The notes under the pieces: generated by a model
What the model saw: the letters and a program-made list of their open reading frames with translations, nothing else
Databases searched by the model: none
What the model was told of the DNA's origin: nothing
Shown here: piece after piece, positions 27,491-38,700 of the stretch
Layout of the letters: each line of letters starts with the position of its first letter
How positions within the stretch are numbered: position 1 is the first letter of the stretch
Program-made: the position numbers and the translations under genes
NCBI GenBank assembly: GCA_019636515.1
Contig: JAHBXI010000003.1
Span: forward strand, 641,478-705,477
DNA from: Phycisphaeraceae bacterium
Lineage (GTDB): Bacteria; Planctomycetota; Phycisphaerae; Phycisphaerales; UBA1924
Direction: 5' to 3'
DNA: 64,000 nucleotides

Positions 27491-29529
27491 CGCGTCCGGC
27501 CACGACATGGAAGGACCTTCTGACGCGTCTGGCATCGTCGATGAACGAGTCGGAGTTGGGGACCTTCCTGTCGCGTCACGGGATCGAATCGGACGACGAT
27601 CTTTCGGACGCGATCGACATCGATTCTCGGGCGCGTGACGCGGACCGCGCGACGGTGGAGTTGCACCGGTACATGGCGTCGGTTCCCGGGCTCTCGGGGC
27701 GTCCGGTGGTGCTGGACACGGCGCTGGAGGCGACGCTGCGCTCGATGCGGGCGGCGGGGATCGAGTCGTCGAACGCGGTGGCGATGCTGGTGGAGGACTA
27801 CCCGAGCCTGGCGCCTTCGATCCGGACGTGCGCGATGCTGGATGGTTGCATCATGGGGACGTCGATGATCGCGGCCGGGGTTTCGGTGAGCGAGCCGGTC
27901 ACGCTTCCGTGCGGGATCGGGGAGGTGATCGACGGCGGCGCTCACCGGTACGAGTTGCGGGAATTCCTGGGGCGCGGGAACCAGGCGGCGGTGTACCTGT
28001 CCGTGGACCGGAAATTGTCGGACGGGGATCGCCCGGCGTGGGTGGCGATCAAGGTGATGCTGGCGAGGGCGCGTGACGACGGGGCGTCGTGGCAGGCGCT
28101 GGGGGGAGAGGCACAATCGGCTCGACGGGTGAACCACCCGAACGTGGTGCGGGTTCTGGATCGCGGGATGACGCCCGACGACCGAGAATTCCTGGTGTAC
28201 GAGTATGTGAAGGGTCTGACGCTGCACGAATCGAGGTCGCGTCGTTCGACGCGTTACGGGCCACGCGAGGCGGCGGCGCTGACGTTGTCGATCGCGCGTG
28301 GCCTTCAGGCGGCGCACAACGCGGCGGTTCTGCACTGCGACCTGAAGCCATCGAACATCCTGTTGACGGAGGACGGGACGCCGAAGATCGCGGATTTCGG
28401 CCTGGCGAGGCGGGTGCAGTCGGAGAAATCGGGGGACGGCCCGGTGGGGAGTTTTGCGTTCATGTCGCCCGAGCAGTTCAACGGCGGCTCGGACGCGAAC
28501 ATGACGACGGCGGACATCTACGGGCTGGGAGGGATCCTGTACTGGATGCTGACGGACCTGCCGCCCAACGGGACCGACGCGGAATCCGTGGGGACGCGCC
28601 TGCGTGCGGGAGCGGCGGCGTCGCCGCTGAGCCCGTCGTCGGTGGTGGCGGGGCTTGACCCGGACCTGTCGGCGATCTGCTCGCGTGCGATCCACCCCGA
28701 CCGCCCGCGGCGGTATGCGTCGCCGGAGGCGATGGCCAACGACCTGGAGCACTATCTTGGCCATCGTCCGGTACCGTGGACGGGCGCGCCGCTGTCGAGG
28801 CGAGCGAAACTTGCGTACCGACGTTCTCCACGTCTTTTTGTTCTGGCGTTGTCCGCGGTGGTGTTGGGCCTGGGCGGCGTGGTGTCTTCGGGGGTGATCT
28901 GGCATCGCGGGCGGCTTCACGCGTTGTCGATGGACCACGCGATGCTTCTTGAGCAGCAGGCGCGGGAATCGGCCGAGCGGGAATCGACGGCCGAGCGAGA
29001 GCGGATGGAAGCGGTTCGTTCGATGCTTCAAACGTACATGTCGGCGCTGCGGACGCCGTCGCAGGGTCCGTTTGAGAACTGGCTCCAGGGCACGGTGGTG
29101 CTGGAGGCGATGCTCGGTCCGAGCGTGATGGGTCCGGGTCGCGGCGGGCATCTGATGTGGCCCGAGCGGCTCGACGTGGCGCGCCGAGCCCTGGCGGAGT
29201 TCGCCGCGCGCGGAGAGGCGGATCATTTCGAGTCCCGGGTCTGGGAGACGATGCTTGGGCTGTGGCTGCTCAAGGCGGCGGAGTTCGAGGAATCGTCACG
29301 CGTGCTGGCGGAGAGCCAGGAGCGGTGGGCGTTGCTGCTTGGCCGGGGTGACCGGCTTGTGCAGGGGATCGGCGGCCTGCGTGCGGCGGCGGAGTACGGA
29401 GCGATCAAGTCTCGCTCGCCGCCCGACCCCGAGGCGATGGCTCGTTCGCGGGCGCTGGCCGAGTCGTACCTTTCCGACCCGGCGACGTGGCCGCAGGTTT
29501 CCCAGGCGATCGCCTGGGTCCTTCGTTGA
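27487..29529 (+). CDS. serine/threonine protein kinase with TM helix and large C-terminal extracytoplasmic domain
   Basis: HCDLKPSNILL, DFGLAR, SPEQ. The GTG start overlaps the sigma-factor TGA (GTGA). Confidence 0.85.
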   Translation: MTRPATTWKDLLTRLASSMNESELGTFLSRHGIESDDDLSDAIDIDSRARDADRATVELHRYMASVPGLSGRPVVLDTALEATLRSMRAAGIESSNAVAMLVEDYPSLAPSIRTCAMLDGCIMGTSMIAAGVSVSEPVTLPCGIGEVIDGGAHRYELREFLGRGNQAAVYLSVDRKLSDGDRPAWVAIKVMLARARDDGASWQALGGEAQSARRVNHPNVVRVLDRGMTPDDREFLVYEYVKGLTLHESRSRRSTRYGPREAAALTLSIARGLQAAHNAAVLHCDLKPSNILLTEDGTPKIADFGLARRVQSEKSGDGPVGSFAFMSPEQFNGGSDANMTTADIYGLGGILYWMLTDLPPNGTDAESVGTRLRAGAAASPLSPSSVVAGLDPDLSAICSRAIHPDRPRRYASPEAMANDLEHYLGHRPVPWTGAPLSRRAKLAYRRSPRLFVLALSAVVLGLGGVVSSGVIWHRGRLHALSMDHAMLLEQQARESAERESTAERERMEAVRSMLQTYMSALRTPSQGPFENWLQGTVVLEAMLGPSVMGPGRGGHLMWPERLDVARRALAEFAARGEADHFESRVWETMLGLWLLKAAEFEESSRVLAESQERWALLLGRGDRLVQGIGGLRAAAEYGAIKSRSPPDPEAMARSRALAESYLSDPATWPQVSQAIAWVLR

Positions 29530-29591
29530 GTCATGGGCGAACCGTCGCGGCCGTGAATGTCGATGCGCCGGAATGGGGTTGAACCGGGGGA

Positions 29592-30791
29592 TCAGGTCTC
29601 AACGATCATGGCGACGGCGTTGCCTCCTCCGAGGCAGAGGGCGGCGACCCCGCGCTTGGCGCCGGTGCGGTGCAACTGGTGGATGAGGGTGGTGAGTACG
29701 CGGGCGCCCGAGGCGCCGATGGGGTGCCCGAGGGCGATGCCGCCTCCGGCGATATTGAGTTTTTCCTCGGGGATATTGAGGGCCTTGATATTGGCAAGGA
29801 CCTGGGCGGCGAAGGCCTCGTTGATCTCGAAGAGGTCGATGTCGTTGACGGTGAGCCCGGCCTTGTCGAGGGCGGCGGTGATGCCCGAGATCGGGGCGGC
29901 GAAGATGTCCTTGGGGGCGACCCCGCTGGTGGCGTAGGCGGTGATGCGTGCGATGGGCTTGATTCCCAGTTGCTCGGCCCTGGCCAGTGACGAGACGACC
30001 AGGGCGGCGGCACCGTCGGAGATCTGCGAGGCGTTGGCGGCGGTGACGGAGCCGTCTGGCGTGAAAGCGGGCCGGAGTTTGCCGACCGAATCGATGGTGG
30101 AGTCGGGTCGTACGCCCTCGTCGGCGGCGACGCCCGGTGAGCGCTTGTCGAGGCATTGCTCCCCGGTGAGCGTGGCGATCTCGGCCTTGAAATGCCCGGC
30201 GGCGGTGGCGGCGGCGGCGCGGTGGTGGGACTGGACGCTGAAGCGGTCCTGCTGGGCGCGGGAGATGTCGTGCTTGGCGGCGATGTGGTCGGCGGCGTTG
30301 CCCATGGCCCAGCACTCAAAGGCGCAACGCAGCCCGTCGTAGGCCATGTGGTCATCGAGGGCGGCGGGTCCGTACTTGACGCCCTCGCGGACTCGGGCGA
30401 AGTGGGGGGCGGCGGTCATGTTCTCGAAGCCGCCGGCAAGGACGAGTTGATTGTCCCCGGCCTTGATGGACTGCGCGGCGATGATGACGGCTTCAAGCCC
30501 CGAGCCGCAGACCTTGTTGATGGTCTTGGCGGAGAGGGTGTCGGGCAGGCCGGCCTTGAGCCCGGCCTGTCGGGCGGGGTTTTGCCCCAGTCCGGCCTGG
30601 AGGACGCATCCGAAAACGGCCTCGTCGACGTGACCGGCGGCCTTTTCGGGTCCGCCCAGCGGTTCAAGGGCCGCCCTGATCGCGTAGGATCCCAGCACGG
30701 GGGAGGGAACCTTGGAAAGCCCTCCGAAGAAGCGACCGATGGGGGTGCGCTTGGCGGAGAGGATAACGGGTATCGTCGCGGCGGATGACAT
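29592..30791 (-). CDS. acetyl-CoA C-acetyltransferase (thiolase)
   Basis: NKVCGSGLEAV, the active-site Cys region, and a C-terminal GGGNAVAMIVE-type motif. Confidence 0.9.
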   Translation of the reverse strand: MSSAATIPVILSAKRTPIGRFFGGLSKVPSPVLGSYAIRAALEPLGGPEKAAGHVDEAVFGCVLQAGLGQNPARQAGLKAGLPDTLSAKTINKVCGSGLEAVIIAAQSIKAGDNQLVLAGGFENMTAAPHFARVREGVKYGPAALDDHMAYDGLRCAFECWAMGNAADHIAAKHDISRAQQDRFSVQSHHRAAAATAAGHFKAEIATLTGEQCLDKRSPGVAADEGVRPDSTIDSVGKLRPAFTPDGSVTAANASQISDGAAALVVSSLARAEQLGIKPIARITAYATSGVAPKDIFAAPISGITAALDKAGLTVNDIDLFEINEAFAAQVLANIKALNIPEEKLNIAGGGIALGHPIGASGARVLTTLIHQLHRTGAKRGVAALCLGGGNAVAMIVET

Positions 30792-31141
30792 GCGGGACAA
30801 CTCCTGACAGGTCTGGAAGGGTCGGTGGTCTTGAACAACCGGCCTGTGATTCTAGAGGCGTCGGGCGTGCGAGCAACGCCGTGGCGATCGTGGAAGCGTG
30901 ACCGGCGGGGACGGGAAAGCGTGCCCGGGAGCGAATCGTCATGAAACAAGCGGTCGCGGGACGGTCGGGGTTTGCGTGGCGAGCGTCCTTGTGCCTGGTG
31001 GTGTTCGCGTGCGCGGCGGGGTGGTCGTCGGTCGTGGATGGCGGCGGGAGGAAATCCCAAGTACCGTGGTGAAGCCGGTGGACGTCCCGGCGAGCGACCC
31101 GTCGCGCCGGGAACCCTGGTGTTGGGTCAAGGAGTCTCACG

Positions 31142-32860
31142 ATGATGATTTTCATGGTCGCCGGTGTCGTGCTCGCGTTGTTGCTGCTGGGGATGTCGGC
31201 GCGGGCGCCCAGCGAGGCGGTTCGCCGGACGGCGATCTCGGGTGCGATGGTGGCGATTTTTCTTGGGTTCATGCTTTCGAGCGTGGTGATGATCGGTCCT
31301 CGTGAGGTCGGGATCGTGACGAAGAATTACTTCGGTGGGAAACTGACGCAGGGTCGTATCCTGGCGACCGGTGGAGAGGTGGGGGTGCAGGCGCAGGTGC
31401 TGACGCCTGGCCTGCACCTTTGGTACTGGCCGTTCATCTACAGCGTGAAGGGCGAGCCGTTGACGGAGGTTCCGTCGGGGAAGATCGCGTTGCTGGAGGC
31501 ATCGGACGGCCTTCCGCTGCCGGACGGGCAGTTGTTCGCGCCCGAGTGGCCGAAGGAGCGGGTCCGGGAGATGCTCGACGCGGCGCATTTTCTGACCGAC
31601 GGCGACGGGCGGCGGGGTCGGCAGATCACGGTGCTGACGCCGGGGCTGTACCGTTTGAACACGGCGCTGTTCTCGGTGAAACTGGTTGACCAGACGGAGG
31701 TGACGGCGGGCGAGGTGGCGGTGCTGACGACCAACTTCGGGACTCGCCCGTCGGTGGTGATCGAGGACCGCGGCCGGGCGGCGCCGGGTGAGCAGGATCC
31801 TCCCGCGCCGATGCTCGCGGGTCCCGGGGAGATGGGGGTGCAGTCCGAGCCCCTGGCGCCCGGCAAATACCCGATCAACACCGAGGCGTACACGGTGACG
31901 CACCTCTGGACGACGCCGATGGTGGCGCACTACGCGGCCGGGCAGTCCGGGACGTACCGGTATGACTCGCAGACCGATGCGCCGGTGCTCCAGCGTCAGC
32001 AGCAGTCCAAGGCCGGTGGACCCGCGGACTCGGGCCTTGAGGAACGTGAGATCACGGTTCGCACGTCGGACGGATTCACGTTCCCGGTGGATGTTCGCGT
32101 GGAGTACCAGATCGAGCCTCGGCACGCGGCTCGCCTGGTCGCGATGCTCAAGGACGACGAGGGGGTGCAGTTCCGCAACGCGCTGAACTCGGCGGTGCGG
32201 GCGATTTTCCGGAACAACGCGGAGAAGGTCAAGGCCCTGGACTACGTGAACAGCCGCTCGCAGCAGGAATCGCAGAGCCTGCACATGCTGCGCGACGAGA
32301 TGGATCGTTTCGGGGTGACGATCACGGCGGTGCGCATCGGCAACGTGGGGGACGATGCCTCGCTTGGCGCGCTTCTCAAGACGCAGACCGAGCGTGAACT
32401 GGCCAAGCAGGAACTGCTGACGTTCGCCGAGCAGCAGAAAACCGCCGAGCAGAAGAAGCAACTCTCGCGGGCGCAGCAGGAATCGGAGGAGGAGAAGCGG
32501 CTGGCGACGGCGGCGTACGCGGTCAAGATCGCCGAGGAGGAAAAGCGTCAGAAGGAGATCCAGGCGCAGGCCGAGGCGCTGGCGGTCAAGACCAAGGCCG
32601 TCGCGCAGGCCGACGCGTACGAGATGATCGCCCGGCAGATCGGGCGGAGCAACGCGGCGGTGATCGAGGCGCTGAAGATCATCGGGGAGCGGCAGATCAC
32701 GATCACGCCGCGGGTGTTCATCGCCCCCGGCTCGGCCGGCGCGGGGGGCTCGGCCGGCTCGGGCGGGAACGGGTCCGACGGCATGAACGCCGCGCTGGTC
32801 GGGACGCTGCTCGATTCGCTGATCACGCGGGACGAATCGCCCGCGGTGAAGAACCCCTGA
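31142..32860 (+). CDS. SPFH/band-7 flotillin-like protein
   Basis: N-terminal TM, SPFH domain, long coiled-coil (EQQKTAEQKKQ...); AAGGAG RBS. Confidence 0.8.
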   Translation: MMIFMVAGVVLALLLLGMSARAPSEAVRRTAISGAMVAIFLGFMLSSVVMIGPREVGIVTKNYFGGKLTQGRILATGGEVGVQAQVLTPGLHLWYWPFIYSVKGEPLTEVPSGKIALLEASDGLPLPDGQLFAPEWPKERVREMLDAAHFLTDGDGRRGRQITVLTPGLYRLNTALFSVKLVDQTEVTAGEVAVLTTNFGTRPSVVIEDRGRAAPGEQDPPAPMLAGPGEMGVQSEPLAPGKYPINTEAYTVTHLWTTPMVAHYAAGQSGTYRYDSQTDAPVLQRQQQSKAGGPADSGLEEREITVRTSDGFTFPVDVRVEYQIEPRHAARLVAMLKDDEGVQFRNALNSAVRAIFRNNAEKVKALDYVNSRSQQESQSLHMLRDEMDRFGVTITAVRIGNVGDDASLGALLKTQTERELAKQELLTFAEQQKTAEQKKQLSRAQQESEEEKRLATAAYAVKIAEEEKRQKEIQAQAEALAVKTKAVAQADAYEMIARQIGRSNAAVIEALKIIGERQITITPRVFIAPGSAGAGGSAGSGGNGSDGMNAALVGTLLDSLITRDESPAVKNP

Positions 32861-32899
32861 GCGGGGCGTTGGGATGTGGCGGGAACCCGCGCCCGGCCG

Positions 32900-34450
32900 T
32901 CAGCGACCGTGCAGGCGCGGGTCGGACAGGTCCAGGCGGTACATGACCTGGTTGTAGTCGTACCGCGGGGTCGGGCGCTTGGCGCCGGAGAAGGCGGTGG
33001 TGTAGGTGCCTTCGAAATAGATAAGGCGCCCGCCCTCCTGATCGAAATACGGGTGGTGCTTGACGTTGTAGAAGGTGTAGTCGTCGTGGGTGACGATCTT
33101 GACGGCGTCGCGCCACGGGCCGGTCAGCGCGGGGGCGGAGGCGAACCAGACCTCGCCCGCCAGGGATGTTCCCCACAGTTCCTGGGTGATCATCAGCCAT
33201 GCCCCGAGGTGGTCGTTCCAGAAGACGCTCCCCGAATGGCCGATGACGGGCTTGCCCGTCGCGGCGTCGCGGAGTTGGATGAGGGCTTCTTCGGGGCGGA
33301 GCAGTCCGCCGGCGATGAGGCGGCTTTGGTCCTTCTGCAGGACGGGGGCGGTGTCGCGTTTCCAGGCGTAGACCACCCGGCCCGAGTCGTCGCGTTCGAC
33401 GAGGTCGGCGGTGAGGACATTGCCGTCGGGGGGCATGCGAGCGCCGGGCCGCAGGCAGGTGTAGGCCTCGTACGCGGAGACATCGGTCAGCAACGACCAC
33501 TCGTCGCGGCAGCGCACGATCGGGAAGGGCGAAGGAAAGTACCAGTACGAATCCTCGCCCGAGCCGTCGGTTCGTGGGTGTGAATGGAGGACGGGGTGGC
33601 TCCGCATGGAGAGGATGGCATCGGTGGGGAATCGGCTGATGGGCTCGAAGATGTCTCGGTCGTCGTTGTAGACGGCGAATCCCTGCTCGTGCATCTGTTC
33701 GAGCGTCTTGACGCGGACAAAGTGGCACAGGAGGCGTTCATTTCCTTCCGGGTCTTTCGTGGTGAGCAGGCCGTCGAGCCATACGGGTCCCGGCTGGCCG
33801 GGGATGGGGCACATGGGGCGTGAGAATCCGTCGTCTCCGACGAAGTAGGTGAGTTGGACGCCGGCGTCCGGATCCATGCCCCCGTCGGCGGGGAGGCGGG
33901 ACCAGGCCCCCGAGGCCGAGAAGTTCCCCAAGGGGTATGAGGCTCGGTTGGTGTCTCCCCAGATCCAAAGCAGCCGCCCGCGGTGGAAGACGGTCTGGAC
34001 GCTGTCCTGGCCGATGACGCCGCCGTTGAGGGGATTCGAGGGGAGTGGTGGGTGGTCGCCGACCCGTTCGCTGTCGCGGTAGATCCCCCCTCCGGTCACG
34101 CGGTAGAGGCGCTGGGCGATGTTGATGCGGCGGACCTGGAGCGTGACGCGTGAGCCGGGTGTTGTACGGACGCGGGCACCGGCGAAGCCGAAGCCGTCGG
34201 GAGGGAACTCGTAGCCGTGGCCGCGGACGTGGAAAAACACGTCGGTGTCCATCAGTCCCGGCTCGTCAAAGGCGACCACGCCCGCGCTGTCGGTGACCAG
34301 GGTGATGCCGCCGGTGGTGGTCAGTTCGATGAGCGGGACGCCGCGCGAGGTGGCGGCGTCCACGACGGTGATGCGTGCCGGCGGTCCGCCGACGGCGTGC
34401 ATCGCCAGGGCCATGAGGATGAGCGCGGGGCACGTCCCGTATCGTGGCAT
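32900..34450 (-). CDS. secreted hypothetical protein (possible beta-propeller glycosidase-like)
   Basis: Start trimmed to MPRYGTCPALILMALAMHA, which looks like a signal peptide; no motif named with confidence. Confidence 0.45.
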   Translation of the reverse strand: MPRYGTCPALILMALAMHAVGGPPARITVVDAATSRGVPLIELTTTGGITLVTDSAGVVAFDEPGLMDTDVFFHVRGHGYEFPPDGFGFAGARVRTTPGSRVTLQVRRINIAQRLYRVTGGGIYRDSERVGDHPPLPSNPLNGGVIGQDSVQTVFHRGRLLWIWGDTNRASYPLGNFSASGAWSRLPADGGMDPDAGVQLTYFVGDDGFSRPMCPIPGQPGPVWLDGLLTTKDPEGNERLLCHFVRVKTLEQMHEQGFAVYNDDRDIFEPISRFPTDAILSMRSHPVLHSHPRTDGSGEDSYWYFPSPFPIVRCRDEWSLLTDVSAYEAYTCLRPGARMPPDGNVLTADLVERDDSGRVVYAWKRDTAPVLQKDQSRLIAGGLLRPEEALIQLRDAATGKPVIGHSGSVFWNDHLGAWLMITQELWGTSLAGEVWFASAPALTGPWRDAVKIVTHDDYTFYNVKHHPYFDQEGGRLIYFEGTYTTAFSGAKRPTPRYDYNQVMYRLDLSDPRLHGR

Positions 34451-34597
34451 GGCGTGGCTCCCGGCGGGGGGGCGAACTGGTAGAACCCGGGCAAGGCCGG
34501 GATTGTACACGGATGTCGCGGGCGGCGCTGCGTTGGGGGCTGGCGGCGTCGGTTGATCGTGCCGGGCATCGTGAGCGCGGAGCGATACCGTTGGCCC

Positions 34598-34957
34598 ATG
34601 ATCCGAGGATTGATGTGCGTGGCACTGCTGCTGGGCTCGAACGCGTTCATGACCACGGCGTGGTACCTGCACCTGAAGCAGCGGGCGGCGTGGTCGATGC
34701 TCGCGGCGATCGCGATCTCGTGGCTGATCGCGCTGCCGGAGTACTGCCTGCAGGTGCCGGCGAACCGGATCGGGCATGTCTCGGGCGGCGGGCCGTTCAC
34801 GGCTCCGCAGTTGAAGGTCATTCAGGAGGCGATCACGCTGGTGGTATTCGGAGTGTTCTCGGCGCTGGTGCTCAAGGAGCGACTTCGCGTGCAGGACATG
34901 ATCGCGTTCGGGCTGGTGTTCGCCGGGGTGCTGGTGTCGATCACGGGACGGCGGTGA
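34598..34957 (+). CDS. DMT-superfamily small membrane protein (DUF486-like)
   Basis: Four-TM protein about 120 aa long. Confidence 0.6.
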   Translation: MIRGLMCVALLLGSNAFMTTAWYLHLKQRAAWSMLAAIAISWLIALPEYCLQVPANRIGHVSGGGPFTAPQLKVIQEAITLVVFGVFSALVLKERLRVQDMIAFGLVFAGVLVSITGRR

Positions 34958-35177
34958 AAGTTCGCACGCCGCGGGTTGCCGCGGGTTGCCGCCGAGGCTC
35001 TCGCGCTTCGCGGGGCGCGATTCCCGAGATTCAATACGCGCCGACCCGGTGGACCGTGTACGGTGCCGCCGCGTGGTGGCGAGATGGAGGGATGACGACC
35101 CGAATGACCAGCGGGAAGGCACCGGGAGGCCCGGTGTTCCGAGGTCGGTTGTCCGTGGTCAGCCCTTGATTCCGTGG

Positions 35178-35504
35178 TCAGCCCTTGATCTGGGTGACCT
35201 TGACCATCGTGTACTTCTGGCGGTGGCCTTGCTTGCGCTGCCAGGCTTTCTTCTCGCGGAAGCGCCAGACGTCGATCTTCTCGCCCTGGACGAGAGGATC
35301 GACCACCTCGGCCGTGACGGTCGCGCCCTGGACGTAGGGCTTGCCGAGTTTGGCCGAACCACCGAGTTCCCCGACGACGAGGATCTTGTCGAAAGTGATG
35401 GTGTCGCCGAGTTTGGCCTCGCCGGATTGCTCGAGATCGATCAGGATCTCATCGCCCTGGACAACCTTGCGCTGCGAACCAGACTCTTCGATGATGGCGT
35501 ACAT
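35178..35504 (-). CDS. rplU: 50S ribosomal protein L21
   Basis: MYAIIEESGSQRKV ... TMVKVTQIKG. No rpmA adjacent. Confidence 0.9.
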   Translation of the reverse strand: MYAIIEESGSQRKVVQGDEILIDLEQSGEAKLGDTITFDKILVVGELGGSAKLGKPYVQGATVTAEVVDPLVQGEKIDVWRFREKKAWQRKQGHRQKYTMVKVTQIKG

Positions 35505-35766
35505 GGCCGAAACTCCGGGCAGTTGGGATCTCGTTTGGGGGTCGAAATGATAGCCGGGAAGGGGGGTGGATCAAGTTGGCGAGTGGGTGGTGTTTGGACC
35601 CCGGGAATCGGTGCTTCCCGGGGTTGATTCGGCGGATGGTCCATCGGCGATCGGGGTGTCGTGGAGAGACTGCCGCCGGGCATGTCACGGGGGGACCGCC
35701 GCCGGGAGTTATGATCAGGCTGGCGAAGGTACCGGCCCGCACCCGCGTGTGGGCGTGGAGACACTT

Positions 35767-38700
35767 ATGGATGCGAGCGCAACGGTCACACGGTTCGAGG
35801 TCCGCCCTGGCCCGGGGAGGCCTGACCCTCGTGGTGAGGCGATTGCGAAGGCGGCGTCGTGCCTTCTGGCCGCGGAGAGCGGGGCGGTTCGGCTGGCTCG
35901 TTCGTGCCGCGTCTACCTGGTTGAGGGGGTTTTAAGCGAGGCGCAGTCGCGTCTGGCGTGCGAGGGGCTCTTGCGGGACCCGGTTCTGGAAGTCGGCACG
36001 ATCGGGGCGTTGCCTCCCGAGCCGGGCTCGAGCGTGGTGGAGGTCCATCCGTTGCCTGGGGTGATGGATCCGGCGGGGCAGTCGGTGGAGACGGCTCTGC
36101 GGGAATTGCTCGGTCTTGGGCCTGAGGATCCGCTGGCGGTCTCGACGGGGTGGAGGTACGACCTGGTGGGCGTGACGAGCGAAGGGGCTCGCGTGGTGGC
36201 CGAGTCGCTCTTGGCGAACAAGGTGGTGCAGGGGATTCACCTGGGTCCGTTCCACCCGGCGTCGCTTCCCAAGGGTCATCCGACGGAATTCCGGCTGGTG
36301 ACGGTTCCGATCCGGGATCTTGACGATGCGGGCCTGGAACGTCTCTCGCGGGAGGGTCACCTGTTCCTGTCGGTCGATGAGATGAGGGCGATCCGAGGTG
36401 AGTACCAGCGGCTTGGCCGTGAACCGACGGACATCGAACTTGAGACGATCGCGCAGACCTGGTCGGAGCATTGCGTGCATAAGACGCTCAAGTCTCGTGT
36501 GCGTTACCGTGAGTTGAGAGGCGTTGAGGCGTCGCGGGCCGGTGGGCCGCCTGGTTCTGAGTCCGGCGGTGGGGCCGTGGTCGGCCGGGCGGGTGTTGAT
36601 GGAACTCGTGAGCGTTCAGCGGGGCGAATGGGTGTCGAGTTCACGTTCGGCGGGCCGGGCACGAACGGCCCGACGATTCGTCCGCCGCTGGTGGAGGCAG
36701 AGGGTGGGGATGACGGGGAGCCTGGCTCGGGGGGTGTTTTCCGCATCGATTGGTCTGGGCGGCCCGGTCATGTCGTGAGCGAGGACGGCACCGTCGAGAT
36801 CGACAACCTCCTGAAGCGGACGGTGGCGGCGGCGACGTTCGAACTGATCGAGGAGGGGGTGGACTGGACGCTGTCGGTCTTCAAGGACAATTCGGGGGTG
36901 ATCGCGTTCGACGATGAGTACGGCGTGTGCGTGAAGGTCGAGACGCACAACCGGCCATCGGCGATCGAGCCGTACGGGGGGGCGGCGACGGGTGCCGGCG
37001 GTTGCATCCGGGACGTGATCGGGACGGGGCTGGGGGCTCGTCCGATCGCGAGCACGGACGTGTTCTGCGTGGCGCACCCGGACGGGTGGTCGCCCGGGGG
37101 TGGCAAGGCCCTTCCGCCGGGGGCGCTTCCTCCGCGAAGGATCCTCGGTGAGGTCGTGGCGGGGGTCCGTGACTACGGGAACCGGATGGGCATCCCGACG
37201 GTCTCGGGGGCGGTTCACTTTGACGACCGGTACGTGGGCAACCCGCTGGTGTTCTGCGGGTGCATCGGCCTGATCCCCCGTGGCCTTGTGGAGGGTCGGG
37301 TGCGGCCCGGCGACCGGATCATCGCCGTCGGCGGGCGAACCGGACGGGACGGGATCCACGGGGCGACGTTTTCGAGCGCGGAGGTGAAGCACACGCACGC
37401 GGACGAGTTTGCGCACGCGGTGCAGATCGGCAACGCGATCGAGGAGAAGCGTGTGCTGGACGCGATCATTCGGGCGCGTGACGAAGGGCCGCTGTACCAC
37501 GCGATGACCGACTGCGGGGCGGGCGGTTTCTCATCGGCCATCGGGGAGATGGGCCGGGAGGTCGGCGCGCAGGTTCACCTGGATCGTGCGCCGCTCAAGT
37601 ACGCGGGCCTGACGTACACGGAGATCTGGATCAGCGAGGCCCAGGAACGGATGGTGCTGGCGGTGGCGCCGGAGAACGTGGAGAAACTCAGGGCGATCGG
37701 TGAGCGGGAGGGCGTGGAGATCGCGGACCTGGGGGAGTTCGGGACGCCCGATGGCTCTCTGCGGCTGTTCTTCGGTGGTCAGCGCGTGGGTGAACTCTCG
37801 ATGTCGTTTCTTCACGAGGGGCTTCCGTCGGTGGTGCGCGAGGCGACGTGGACGCCGCGAGAATCAGGCCATTGGGGCGCGGGCCGTGAGGAATCACCCG
37901 CCCGTGCGGCGGGCGTGGGTGACCGGCTGCTGGGGCTGCTTGGTCATCCGACGATCGCGAGCAAGCACTGGATCATCCGCCAGTACGACCACGAGGTGCA
38001 GGGCAACACGGTGGTGAAGCCGCTGGTGGGCCCGTCGGGGCGAGGGCCTTCGGACGCGGCGGTGATCGAGCCGGTGCCCGGGACGGGGCGCGGGTTGGCG
38101 ATCTCGTGCGGGCTGGCGACGGGGGTCGGTGATCCGCGGCACGGGGGCGATCCGTACCTGATGGCGCTGGGGGCGATCGACGAGTGCGTGCGGAACCTGG
38201 TGTGCGTCGGCGCCAGCGCGAGCCGGATCGCGATCCTGGACAATTTCTGCTGGCCGGGGTGCGACCGACCGGAGAACATGGGCGCGCTGGTGCGAGCGGC
38301 GGAGGGGTGTTACGACGGGGCCAAGGCGTACCGGACGCCGTTTGTGAGCGGGAAGGACTCGCTGAACAACCAGTTGCGGTACACCGACCCTCAGACCGGT
38401 GAGCCTCGCGTGATCGAGATCCCGCCGACGCTTCTGATCAGCGGGATCGGGATCGTGCCGTCGATCCGTTCGTGCGTCACGATGGACGTCAAGCAAGCGG
38501 GGGGAGTGCTCTTGTTGATCGGTTCCAACGGCCCGGAGATGGGCGGCTCCCTGTTCGCCGAGCGGATGGGGCTGCGCGGGATGGACGAGGATGCCCGGCG
38601 GGTCCCGGCGGTGGACCTGGCATCCGGCCCGGCGACGGCCGCGGCGGTGGCTCAGTTGATACGCGACGGCCTGGTGCGGTCCGCGCACGACTGCTCGGAG

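Noticed and set aside
27388-29226. 612-aa minus-strand ORF antisense to the Ser/Thr kinase
   Set aside because: It is an Arg/His/Pro-rich shadow ORF.
35505-35766. Possible ZTP (pfl) riboswitch upstream of purL
   Set aside because: CUGGCG and CCGCCGGG-like elements are present, but in the wrong order and spacing relative to the consensus as I recall it. This would need an Rfam/Infernal scan.
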